A DNA stretch of 64,000 bases, taken from positions 2,176,001-2,240,000 of the forward strand of contig CP170459.1 of assembly GCA_047947115.1 (NCBI GenBank), in the 5' to 3' direction. Positions 47,389 to 57,005 of the stretch are shown in pieces. Numbering within the stretch: the stretch's first letter is position 1; each line of letters begins with the position of its first letter. A model generated the notes under the pieces. It ran no database searches. It was not told where the DNA came from and saw only the letters and a list, made by a program, of their open reading frames with translations. The translations under genes and the position numbers were made by a program. Source of the DNA: Verrucomicrobiota bacterium (lineage in GTDB: Bacteria; Verrucomicrobiota; Verrucomicrobiia; Limisphaerales; AAA164-E04).

Positions 47389-48849
47389 CTAAATCAGTTT
47401 GGATTGGGATTTTTCCTTTTCAATCAGGTCCCCAAAGCTCACCGCTTCAAACTTTCGGCGTTCAATAATCTCCTTGTCCACATTGGGATCGTAAGGAACG
47501 GGGTAGTCCCCATTGTAACAGGCCATACAGAATTGATCGCGAGGCTGTCCGGTGGATTCGACCATGCCCTCCTCACTCAGATAACCCACACTGTCGGCAT
47601 CCAGGTGATTCTTGATTTCCTCAACAGAAGAAGTGGCCGCCAGAAGCTTTTTGCGATCCGGAAAATCGATTCCATAAACACATGAGTATTTATGAGGTGG
47701 ACAACTGATCAGCACATGCACTTCCTTGGCACCGGCTTCTTTGAGAGTTCGGATGCGGCTTTGGCTGGTGGTTCCACGAACGATGGAATCGTCCACAATG
47801 ATCACTTTCTTGCCCTCGACCAATCCTGAAACCAAGTTTAATTTGACCCGAACATTCAGGCTGCGTGTAACTTGGGAAGGTTGCAGGAAGCTGCGCCCCA
47901 CGTAGTGGTTGCGAACAAAGGCCATGTGGTAGGGGATGCCTGATTCCAGGGAATATCCCAGTGCGGCGTAATTGCCACTGTCCGGTACCGGAACCACCAT
48001 ATCCGCGTCAATCTTGTGCTCCCGGGCCAAGTGCCTGCCCATTTCGATGCGGGATTTGTAAACCTCCATCCCTGAAATTTTACTGTCGGGACGCGCGAAA
48101 TAGACGTATTCAAACACACAGAAGGCCCGTCTCTTTTGAGCGGGGAATGCATCGATGCTTCTCAGGCCGTTTTTGTCAATGATGACCACCTCGCCGGGTT
48201 TGACGTCACGGACAAACTCCGCCTTGATGAGGTCAAATGCACATGTTTCACTGGATAAGACCCATTTACCATCCACTTTCCCAAGGCTGAGAGGTCTGAA
48301 TCCATGCGGATCACGCACTCCGATCATTTCCTTTTCAGTCATCATGACCAGAGAATAGGCCCCTTGGATCTTGCGGATGGCATCCAAAAGTGGGTTTGCA
48401 TCCGGTGATGCGGATGGACGTGCCAGCAGATGAAGGATGATTTCGCTGTCGACGGTGGTTTGAAAGATGTTGCCGCCGGCTTCGAGTTCGTCGCGTAATT
48501 CCGAGGCGTTGGTAAGATTGCCGTTGTGCGCGATGGCGATATTGCCCCGGTTACAGTCGACGATCATGGGCTGGGCGTTCACTGCGTGGGAGGCTCCAGT
48601 GGTGGAATAGCGCGTGTGACCAATGGCATTTTCTCCTTTGAGCCTGCTTAACGAGTTGCCCTTGAAGACTTGAGGGACAAGACCCATGGCGCGATGGGAA
48701 TAGAATTCACTGCCATCGCAGGTGACGATACCGGCGCTTTCCTGGCCCCTGTGTTGGAGCGCGTAGAGTCCATAATATGAGATTTCTGCCGCGTTCGGAT
48801 GCCCGAAGACGCCAAATACCCCGCAATAATGCTTGGGATAATCCTGCAT
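47389..48849 (-). CDS. purF: Amidophosphoribosyltransferase
   Basis: CGVFG after a short propeptide, LQHRGQESAG, GHTRYST, CVFEYVYFARPDS, VDDSIVRGTT. Confidence 0.97.
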   Translation of the reverse strand: MQDYPKHYCGVFGVFGHPNAAEISYYGLYALQHRGQESAGIVTCDGSEFYSHRAMGLVPQVFKGNSLSRLKGENAIGHTRYSTTGASHAVNAQPMIVDCNRGNIAIAHNGNLTNASELRDELEAGGNIFQTTVDSEIILHLLARPSASPDANPLLDAIRKIQGAYSLVMMTEKEMIGVRDPHGFRPLSLGKVDGKWVLSSETCAFDLIKAEFVRDVKPGEVVIIDKNGLRSIDAFPAQKRRAFCVFEYVYFARPDSKISGMEVYKSRIEMGRHLAREHKIDADMVVPVPDSGNYAALGYSLESGIPYHMAFVRNHYVGRSFLQPSQVTRSLNVRVKLNLVSGLVEGKKVIIVDDSIVRGTTSQSRIRTLKEAGAKEVHVLISCPPHKYSCVYGIDFPDRKKLLAATSSVEEIKNHLDADSVGYLSEEGMVESTGQPRDQFCMACYNGDYPVPYDPNVDKEIIERRKFEAVSFGDLIEKEKSQSKLI

Positions 48850-48960
48850 GCCTTTCACCGTGGGCAAGCCTGTCCGATTACCCCCCGTCTTGTCAAATGA
48901 CTTGTCACCTTTCCGTCGTTTTTGATGATGCTTTTACCCATAGTCAGCCTTTCGCCACCG

Positions 48961-49115
48961 GTAGACCCGCTGCCGCGGGTCCGTGAGCGCGTATTGGGTT
49001 TGGGAATGACTGTTGCGTGATGCGGACACGATGGCGGACGCGCAGTCCCGATCATATCGGGATCCCTACCAGCGCCGGATGCTTCGCTCCGGTAGGGCTT
49101 CCCGATACATTGGAA
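48961..49115. repeat. Cluster of three GTAG-headed REP-like hairpins
   Basis: GTAGACCCGC-TGCC-GCGGGTC (+), TCCCGAT-CAT-ATCGGGA-TCCCTAC (-), GTAGGGCTTCCCGATACATTGGAA (+). Confidence 0.55.
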
Positions 49116-49124
49116 TCTCAGGCA

Positions 49125-49787
49125 TTATTGAAATCGACTCCCGGTCAAACCTTGCTGCTTGGCATATTCCACCAGTTCGGATGCGTTCTGGAAATCGAGC
49201 CGATGCATGATGCGGTAGCGGTAGGTCTCCACAGAACGCGGGCTGAGTCCCAGTTTTTCGGCGATCTGCTTGCTGGTAAGGCCTTCTCCGACCAGGGCGA
49301 CCACACGCTGTTCCTTTGGACTCAGGAATTTCACGAAAGATCGATCGTCCTTCTCCAGTTCCGAAAGATTCCGATGCAGCAGGGCGGTAAAATAGGTGAG
49401 GCCGGATGCAACCTCAACCATGGCTTCTTCAAATATTTCCAGCGGTTGATCTTTCTCAACGTATCCATGCACGCCAATTTCCTGAAGTTGATGAAGGGTG
49501 TATGGATCTTTCAGGTTGGTCAGGACAAGGATGCGAGTGTCCGGCAAGACCGAGAGAACCTTTCTCGAAAGTTCGATGCCGTCCATTCCCGGCAAATGCA
49601 GGTCTGTGACCAGTAGGTGGGGATGGTGCATCTCACAAAGCCGCAGTCCTTCCGTTCCGTCTTCGGCATCTCCTTTCAAGTCGAATTGGTCGTCCAATTG
49701 GATACTCTTGGACAGGACGTTCCTGAGCAGGGCCTGATCTTCAACCAGCACTGTGCTCCAAGGGGGTTGTTGTTTGATTTCTGTCAT
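49125..49787 (-). CDS. NarL/LuxR family response regulator
   Basis: VLVEDQ, VTDLHLPGMDG, GYVEK, and HTH LSPKE...GLTSKQIAEKLGLSPRSVETYR. The ATG overlaps the kinase stop codon. Confidence 0.93.
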   Translation of the reverse strand: MTEIKQQPPWSTVLVEDQALLRNVLSKSIQLDDQFDLKGDAEDGTEGLRLCEMHHPHLLVTDLHLPGMDGIELSRKVLSVLPDTRILVLTNLKDPYTLHQLQEIGVHGYVEKDQPLEIFEEAMVEVASGLTYFTALLHRNLSELEKDDRSFVKFLSPKEQRVVALVGEGLTSKQIAEKLGLSPRSVETYRYRIMHRLDFQNASELVEYAKQQGLTGSRFQ

Positions 49788-51175
49788 GATGCTGTGGATG
49801 GTTTTTGCCCTTCCGATGGTTTGTCGTCTTTGAATCCTTTGGGAGTCCATTGCATGGGGACCTCCAGTCGAAAAGTGGATCCTGTTCCAGGCTCGGATTG
49901 AACAACGAGGTCCCCTCCCATGCGGTGTGCCAGCTTTTTGGAGAGCACGAGACCGAATCCCGCGCCTGTTTTGCCCACTTCGGTGGGATCCCGGGGCTTG
50001 TCGGGCAACTGAAACAGGGCGGCAACTTGTGATGCGGTCATGCCTTCCCCGGTATCCTTCACATCGATGCGCATCTTGTTGTCGACCTGTTCGCACCGGA
50101 GCAGTAAATCCCCGCCTTTGCGGCTGTGGCGAATGGCGTTGGACAGCAGGTTGCGCAGAATGGTACGCAACATTTCGATGTCGTTTACGAAGGCCGGGTG
50201 CTTCTCAACGAGGGTGTTCAACCTCACATCCTGTTCCTTTGCCGCCGATGCAAACAGTGTGGTGACTTGGTGGGCCACCCGTTCCAGATCGATTCTCCCG
50301 GGAAAATAAGGAAGTTGTCCGGTCTGAAGACGTGCCCAGTTCAGGAGATTGTCCAGCAATTCGGTCAGGTGTTTGCTGGTCGATTGGATCTCACCTGCAA
50401 ACTTTCGGATTTCTTCCGGGGTAAATGATTCGGGAGCTTTCATCAACAAGCCGCTGAGATTGCTGACACCCGACAAGGGTGCTCGCAAGTCATGTGAGAT
50501 GATGGCCAGAAGCCGGTCTTTTCTATGGTTGGCTTCGTCCAGCAGTTGATTGCGATCTGTCAGGGTGGCTTCCGCTTTTCGTCGACGCCGCATTTCGGAC
50601 AGAACGATCATCGTAAACATGACGATCAACAGTCCGGCGCCGACAGAATTTCGTGATATGGAACGGATGGTTGACTCAATGGTTTCGGGAAATTCCCTTG
50701 AAAGTAAAAACTCGATGCGCACCGATTCTTGGGCCTCAGGATCATTCAATGTCGAAAAGGCCAAAGATTTCTTTTTTCCATCTTCCAGGGTTATATGATT
50801 TGCAGAAAGACTGACACCTTGCTGCATTACGGACGAAGCAAGCGGCGGGGTGAATTCCCTGCGACCTCCTCCGGGGCCTCCTCTCGGGCCGCCGGGGGGA
50901 CCTCCCTGCCTGGGGCGTTCGAAGCCGTCGAATGGAGGGGGACGACGGTGGTCTTCACGGTCCCGGCCTTCTTCGATCTGGGTGGAAGTCGACAAGTCCC
51001 AGGAATCGATGATATCTGGCTGTTCCAATGTGGAGGGAACGACCCGCCACATGAGTTCGGATGTGTCGGATAATTTTGAATACTCGTTCGGCAGCGTCCT
51101 GCCAAAGAAAAAGGTGTGAGGCTCAAATCCCCTCGGATCGCTGACGGCATATAGAATAATGATTTGGTTCTGATC
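49784..51175 (-). pseudogene. Sensor histidine kinase, apparently 5'-truncated
   Basis: SHDLRAP, RNLLSNA, DTGEG, GAGFGL and one TM. Upstream of about 51175 the frame is only the antisense of the EF-hand gene. Confidence 0.75.
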
Positions 51176-51736
51176 ACGACCGATGAAGTTTCGGCGGTGC
51201 ATGCAGCCGCCATCGAGGAACGTCTGTTGGGAATTCTTACCCGTTGGGATGCGAATGAAGACGGGCAACTGACCGAAGATGAACTTGAATCGGCCGGCAC
51301 CAGAGGCCGTGGCCATCGTCATGTTTTGAATCAATTCGATGCCGATGAGGACGGAACCATTACGTCTGATGAATTGCTTTCCGCTGGCGCTGCAATGTTG
51401 GACGAACGTGTAAACGGAGTCCTGGAAAAGCTGGACGCCAATGCCGACGGCAACATCAGTGCGGATGAAGTGGCCGCCGCGCAAGATGCCGGAACAGCCG
51501 ATCGATGGGCTTCTTTGTTGGAAAAACTGGATGCCGATGAAAACGGTGAGATCAGTCTGGAAGAAATCAATGCCGGCCGTCCCCAGCGAGAAGGGGCTCC
51601 CGAAGATCGTCGCCGTGGACCTCGTCCCCAGGACGTTGATACAGCTTTGAACGCCGACGACAACGCAGGAGACAATCCTCGCGAAGGACGCGGACGTCCT
51701 CAAGGTGGTCCTCGCGGACCCCGTCGCGGAAGATGA
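51173..51736 (+). pseudogene. EF-hand repeat protein with Gly/Pro/Arg tail, apparently 5'-truncated
   Basis: Four complete DxNxDG/DxDxD(N)G loops plus a half loop (ITTDEV) at the start. In-frame TAG at 51152, with no ATG, SD or signal peptide. Confidence 0.75.
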
Positions 51737-51767
51737 TCTGAGTGATATTCAGCGTCTGCTCGAAGCC

Positions 51768-51806
51768 ACACACCCGACCTCCCCACGGTCGGGTGTGTTT
51801 CTTTTT
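51768..51806 (+). terminator. Rho-independent terminator
   Basis: ACACACCCGACC-TCCCCAC-GGTCGGGTGTGT-TTCTTTTT. Confidence 0.88.
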
Positions 51807-51865
51807 ATGACAGGAATTCATTGGCCTGAAGCCAAAATCATGCTATCCGCAAAGGATATCTCTAC

Positions 51866-54241
51866 ATGAAAAATACCTTTCATTACTGGCTGATCAGCGC
51901 GCTGTGTCTTCTGTCTGGCACGGCCTGCCAAACAACATCGCAATCTCAGGATGCATCCCGCTCATCTTTGCCTTCATCTTCCACAAGCGCCCCGGCACCT
52001 GTTTCGGATGTCGTATTAGCGAACTCGAGCCAAACCTTTCTGCCCGGCCATTTGACGAGACTGGACCAGGCAGTGGAACAGGCCATGAAGGAGGGCAAGT
52101 TGCCGGGGGGCGTGTTGTGGTTTCAACATGGAGATGCAGTCTATCGGAAAACCTACGGCTCAAGAAGCGTTGATCCACAACGCGAGGCCATGACGGAAGA
52201 CACCATCTTTGATGCCGCGTCGTTGACCAAGGTGATTGCCACGACCCCCGCGATCATGAAGCTGGTGGAATCCGGAAAGGTGGAAGTGGATGCGCCTGTT
52301 GTTCGATATATACCTGCCTTTGGTGCGCATGATAAGGATCAAGTGACGGTTCGTCATTTGATGACCCATACATCGGGGCTACGCCCCGGCCTTTCACTTA
52401 AGGAACCGTGGGAAGGCATTGAAGAAGCCGTTCGGCGGGCCTGTGACGAGTCTCTTCAAACAACCCCGGGAACCAAGTTTCGCTACAGCGATATCAACTT
52501 CATCTTGCTGGGCGAGATCGTCAGTCGTGTCAGTGGGCAACCTTTGGAAGCATACGCCGCCGAGCAGATCTTTGAACCGCTGGGAATGCAACACACTCGT
52601 TTCCTCCCTGCAACGGATTGGATTTCCAGAATTGCACCCACCACCAAACTGGGAGATGCCTACATTCGGGGTGTGGTGCATGACCCGACCTCGCGTCGGA
52701 TGGGAGGTGTGGCCGGGCATGCCGGGTTATTCACCTGCACCAGGGACCTCGCCAGGTTCGCTCGTATGATGCTGGGTAAAGGCGCAGTCGATGATGTGAG
52801 AGTGTTTCGTCCTGAAACAGTGGATCTGATGACGCATGTTCAAAGTCCGGCTGAAGCCGATGCTCAACGAGGATTGGGTTGGGATATAGCATCCCCTTAT
52901 TCGAGTCCTCGTGGTCATCATTTTCCGATTGGATCTTACGGTCATACCGGCTGGACGGGAACCTCTATTTGGATTGTGCCACAAACCGACACTTTTCTCA
53001 TATTTCTATCCAATCGAAACCATCCCACCGAGGACGGAACCGTGGTGGCGTTAAGACGAACCTTGGCCACCATCGCCGCAGAGGCCATTCCAGGATACGT
53101 GGATGATCCGGCGGCTCCCGCTCTGAATGGAGTGGACGCGTTGGAAGCCGACGGGTTTCGGCAGTTGCGCGTATTGAAGGTGGGGCTTATCACCAACCAT
53201 ACCGGACACAACCGAAACCGGCAGTCGACGATCGATCTGTTGCATGCCGCCGAATCGGTGGAATTGAAGGCGTTGTTCAGTCCAGAGCATGGCATTCGAG
53301 GCAAACTGGACGGCAAAGTGGAGGACGGAGTGGATTCCAAAACCGGACTCAAGATTCACAGTCTGTATGGAGAACATCGCCAGCCTCAGGCGGCCGATCT
53401 GGAAGGTTTGGATGCGCTGGTTTTCGATATTCAGGACATTGGTTGCCGATTCTACACTTATATATCCACCATGGGATTGGCCATGGAAGCAGCGGCCAAG
53501 GCGGGATTGAAGTTCGTTGTGCTGGACCGGATCAATCCGATCAATGGCAAGGAAGTCGAAGGTCCGGTGCTGATTGGTGAAACGGATTTTGTCGGTTTTC
53601 ATGCCATTCCCATTCGACATGGCATGACGGTAGGCGAGTTGGCTTTGATGTTTCAGAAGGAAAAAGGATTGGATCTTGATCTCCAGATCGTTCCCGTTCG
53701 AAATTGGGATCGGACATCTGAATTCGACGCTGTCCGTCAACCATGGACCTCTCCTTCGCCCAATATGCGCAACCTGAAAGAAGCTCTTCTTTATCCGGGG
53801 ATTGGTATCCTTGAAACCACCAACCTGTCCGTTGGCCGCGGAACCGACACACCTTTCGAACTGATTGGGGCTCCTTACATCCATGATCTTCAATTGACGA
53901 AAGCGCTCAATGATCTGGCCATGCCGGGAGTCGCTTTCACTCCGATTCAGTTTGCTCCGGATGCAAGCGTCTTCAAAGACGAGACATGTCAGGGTGTCTA
54001 CATTTCCATCCTGGACCGGTCCAAAGTGCGGCCGGTTGAGCTGGGTATCCAGATCGCCCGAACGCTCCATGCACTGTATCCGGGTGACTGGAAAACAGAA
54101 CGCTTGAATCGTTTGTTGAAGCATGCGCCCACCTTCCAACTCATCGAATCCGACGCTTCCCTGGAATCGATCACTGGCACTTGGGCGGCAGATTTGGATG
54201 CGTTTAAGGCGCGGCGGGCTGAATGTCTGCTGTATCGTTAG
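51866..54241 (+). CDS. Lipoprotein fusion: beta-lactamase-family serine hydrolase + DUF1343 (NamZ-like exo-beta-N-acetylmuramidase)
   Basis: LSGTA-C lipobox, then SLTK, YSD, HTG motifs, then GLITNHTG, FSPEHG, FDIQDIGCRFYTY, RHGMTVGE, SPNM. Confidence 0.9.
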   Translation: MKNTFHYWLISALCLLSGTACQTTSQSQDASRSSLPSSSTSAPAPVSDVVLANSSQTFLPGHLTRLDQAVEQAMKEGKLPGGVLWFQHGDAVYRKTYGSRSVDPQREAMTEDTIFDAASLTKVIATTPAIMKLVESGKVEVDAPVVRYIPAFGAHDKDQVTVRHLMTHTSGLRPGLSLKEPWEGIEEAVRRACDESLQTTPGTKFRYSDINFILLGEIVSRVSGQPLEAYAAEQIFEPLGMQHTRFLPATDWISRIAPTTKLGDAYIRGVVHDPTSRRMGGVAGHAGLFTCTRDLARFARMMLGKGAVDDVRVFRPETVDLMTHVQSPAEADAQRGLGWDIASPYSSPRGHHFPIGSYGHTGWTGTSIWIVPQTDTFLIFLSNRNHPTEDGTVVALRRTLATIAAEAIPGYVDDPAAPALNGVDALEADGFRQLRVLKVGLITNHTGHNRNRQSTIDLLHAAESVELKALFSPEHGIRGKLDGKVEDGVDSKTGLKIHSLYGEHRQPQAADLEGLDALVFDIQDIGCRFYTYISTMGLAMEAAAKAGLKFVVLDRINPINGKEVEGPVLIGETDFVGFHAIPIRHGMTVGELALMFQKEKGLDLDLQIVPVRNWDRTSEFDAVRQPWTSPSPNMRNLKEALLYPGIGILETTNLSVGRGTDTPFELIGAPYIHDLQLTKALNDLAMPGVAFTPIQFAPDASVFKDETCQGVYISILDRSKVRPVELGIQIARTLHALYPGDWKTERLNRLLKHAPTFQLIESDASLESITGTWAADLDAFKARRAECLLYR

Positions 54242-54262
54242 TAGGGCCATTTTTCGAATACC

Positions 54263-55180
54263 ATGGCAGATCGACGATCATACGCGATAGGTGTCGACAT
54301 AGGTGGAACCAAGATCGCTGTTGGATTGGTGGATTCGGAAGGAAATCTGATCGATTCGACAATCCTTCCCACCGAATCTGAAAAAGGTGTTTCCGACGCG
54401 GCAGCACGCATCCATCAGGCGGCATGCGAAATGATTACAGCGCAAAACCTCTCCAAAAAATCAATCATGGGTATGGGGGTAGGGTGCCCTGGTCCATTGG
54501 ACCTGAAATCGGGAATGGTCATGAATCCATACACCCTGCCCGGATGGGAAAACGTGTCCTTGACTCAAGCTCTGGAGGATGCATTTGGAAACCCTGTGCG
54601 CATCGAAAACGATGCCGATGTCGCTTTGATCGGTGAGTGCTGGGTGGGTGCCGGCAAGGGGGAAAATCCCGTGGTCATGCTGACTTTTGGCACGGGGGTG
54701 GGGGGAGCCGTTCGTTGTGATGGACGCGTATATCGCGGTGTCAATGGTGAGCATCCCGAGATCGGGTTGATGCCGGTATTACCGGACATGCCCCCAGATT
54801 ATTCCGGAGTGGATGGTTCGCTGGAGTCTCTGGCATCGGGTGCTGGTATTGCCCAACAGGGGGAGGCCTTCGGGTTTGAGGATGCCGCTGCCGTGTTTGA
54901 AGCAGCGCAAGGGGGGCATCGCGAAGCAGAAATGATCGTGCAAAGAGCCTATCGCGCTGCAGGCGTGGCTGCCTGGACTTTGGCGCATTGCTTTGTGCCA
55001 CAGCGGATCATACTGGGGGGAGGTTTGATGAATCATCATTTTCATCATTTTTCACACACCATGCGGGATTATTTGTCGCGAGCAAAATTGCTTCCTGAAA
55101 ACAGCATTGATATCGCCAAGGCCCAACTCGCCAATCGAGCGGGCATGATCGGCGCCGCAGGACTTTGGTTGATGGACTGA
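54263..55180 (+). CDS. ROK family sugar kinase
   Basis: GVDIGGTK, GCPGPLD, ENDA, TFGTGVGG, LESLASG, AGMIGAA. Confidence 0.92.
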   Translation: MADRRSYAIGVDIGGTKIAVGLVDSEGNLIDSTILPTESEKGVSDAAARIHQAACEMITAQNLSKKSIMGMGVGCPGPLDLKSGMVMNPYTLPGWENVSLTQALEDAFGNPVRIENDADVALIGECWVGAGKGENPVVMLTFGTGVGGAVRCDGRVYRGVNGEHPEIGLMPVLPDMPPDYSGVDGSLESLASGAGIAQQGEAFGFEDAAAVFEAAQGGHREAEMIVQRAYRAAGVAAWTLAHCFVPQRIILGGGLMNHHFHHFSHTMRDYLSRAKLLPENSIDIAKAQLANRAGMIGAAGLWLMD

Positions 55181-55277
55181 TTTTGGTCTGTTTTGAGTGC
55201 TTTTTCACGGTTTTTGGCCAATAAACGTGCCCAAGCGTGCATTGACTTGGCCGGAAAGATCATGTCACAATCCGGGC

Positions 55278-56042
55278 ATGATGAATTGGGACATATCGCA
55301 TGTGCTTGATAACTGGGGGTACGAACCCGGTAAAGCGATGGTTCGCAGGATTGCTGGAAAGGGTGGCAAGGAGTTGATTCAGATGCGAATCGACCTGGGT
55401 GTGCTGCAGATGCACACAGAAGGCCGTCCGGACGGTCAGAGACCGCATGGCATGGAGACTCTGTTGGATTATCATGTCGAAAAACTGGAGATGCACCTGG
55501 CTGAATTTGACGGGGATGACTCCGGATTTAAATTGAGTTCCGAAGACTGTGTCGCCCTTCAGCAGGAAGCGATACAGTTTCATCATCGATACATCTGCTT
55601 CTTTCAGCTCGAAGCCTATGATCAGGTCGTTATGGATGCCGATCGTAATCTTGATGCCATTGAAATGGTGGAACAATACGGTCCGGACGATCAGATGTCC
55701 TGGGCACTGCGACAGTTGACACCGCAACTGATGCTGATGCGCACGCGTGCACTTTCGGCGATATCCCTGGATGAAAAGGATTACGAACAGGCCATTCTGG
55801 ATGTGGAAGAGGGAATTGAGTCTTTGCAGCAGTTTCTGAATGATCACATGTCAGAAGAAGCCGCCCAGCAGAACGGAGAACTACAGGCACTTCGGCATTG
55901 GCTGGAGGAAGTCCGGGGTTCCCGGCCCATGAGCAAACGTGAAAAGCTGGAACAGGAACTCGATGACGCGGTCGCCAAGGAAGATTACGAACGGGCAGCC
56001 GAGGTCAGGGATGCCCTGAAATGTTTGAGCGCCGCCGAATAA
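55278..56042 (+). CDS. UvrB/UvrC-motif-containing protein
   Basis: C-terminal LDDAVAKEDYERAAEVRD UVR motif. N-terminal IQMRIDLGVLQM..GRPDG domain of unknown function. Confidence 0.85.
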   Translation: MMNWDISHVLDNWGYEPGKAMVRRIAGKGGKELIQMRIDLGVLQMHTEGRPDGQRPHGMETLLDYHVEKLEMHLAEFDGDDSGFKLSSEDCVALQQEAIQFHHRYICFFQLEAYDQVVMDADRNLDAIEMVEQYGPDDQMSWALRQLTPQLMLMRTRALSAISLDEKDYEQAILDVEEGIESLQQFLNDHMSEEAAQQNGELQALRHWLEEVRGSRPMSKREKLEQELDDAVAKEDYERAAEVRDALKCLSAAE

Positions 56043-56087
56043 GTGTTCCGACAAGCACATCTGAAACAGATTTACTTTCAAATTATT

Positions 56088-56966
56088 ATGGATAACAAAC
56101 CCATCATTGGATTCATCGGTATCGGGGTCATGGGACGCAGCATGGCCGGACATCTTCTCAGTGCAGGCTATCCCCTGCATGTTTACAACCGGACCCAGTC
56201 CAAGGCACAGGATCTGATTGATCGTGGCGCCCAGTGGCAGGATTCCCCGGGCAAAGTGGCCGCTGAGGCGGACGTGATCATCACCATCGTCGGATTCCCC
56301 AACGACGTGGAAGCCGTCTATCTAGGGGAAGATGGCATTCTGGCAAACGCCAAGTCCGGCAGTATCGTGATCGATATGACGACATCCTGTCCCAACCTGG
56401 CGGCAAAAATCGCTGAAGAAGCCAAAGTCAAAGGTATCGGCGCACTGGACGCTCCTGTCTCGGGCGGCGACATCGGCGCACGTGAAGCCAGATTGTCCAT
56501 CATGGTGGGTGGTGATGAGGCTTCCTTCGAAAAGGCCAAACCCCTGTTCGAAATCATGGGCAAAAATATTGTCTATCAAGGTCCCGCAGGTTCTGGTCAA
56601 CACACCAAGATGTGTAATCAGATTGCCATCGCCTCGGGGATGATGGCTATCAGTGAATCCATGGCTTACGCCAAGAAATCGGGACTCAATCCCGAAACGG
56701 TGCTCAAGAGCATCGAAAGCGGCGCAGCGGGCAGTTGGTCGCTGTCCAATCTGACACCACGTGTTTTGAAAGGGGACTTTGCTCCAGGCTTTTTCGTGAA
56801 GCATTTCCTCAAGGACATGCGTATCGCGATCGAATCCGCTGACAGCATGGGGTTGGATCTGCCGGGGCTCAAACTGGCCAAACAACTTTACGACAAACTC
56901 GCCGAACGAGGTTGTGAAGACGACGGAACGCAGGCTTTGTTCAAGCTTTACCAAGATCAACTTTAA
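56088..56966 (+). CDS. 3-hydroxyisobutyrate dehydrogenase family NAD(P)-dependent oxidoreductase
   Basis: GFIGIGVMG, DAPVSGGD, GSGQHTKMCNQ, FLKDM. Confidence 0.93.
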   Translation: MDNKPIIGFIGIGVMGRSMAGHLLSAGYPLHVYNRTQSKAQDLIDRGAQWQDSPGKVAAEADVIITIVGFPNDVEAVYLGEDGILANAKSGSIVIDMTTSCPNLAAKIAEEAKVKGIGALDAPVSGGDIGAREARLSIMVGGDEASFEKAKPLFEIMGKNIVYQGPAGSGQHTKMCNQIAIASGMMAISESMAYAKKSGLNPETVLKSIESGAAGSWSLSNLTPRVLKGDFAPGFFVKHFLKDMRIAIESADSMGLDLPGLKLAKQLYDKLAERGCEDDGTQALFKLYQDQL

Positions 56967-56973
56967 CCAAATG

Positions 56974-57000
56974 AGGGCGGCCAACACGGTCGCCCTTTTT
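56974..57000 (+). terminator. Possible terminator
   Basis: AGGGCGGCC-AACAC-GGTCGCCCT-TTTT just after the stop codon. Confidence 0.6.
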
Positions 57001-57005
57001 GCTTT

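Noticed and set aside
48889..48907. Pho-box-like CTTGTCA direct repeat upstream of purF
   Set aside because: The period is 12 bp rather than 11, and the context is not phosphate-related.
51176..51703. N-terminal 176 aa of the 639-aa kinase ORF
   Set aside because: It is the reverse complement of the EF-hand coding sequence, with no credible start, SD or TM.
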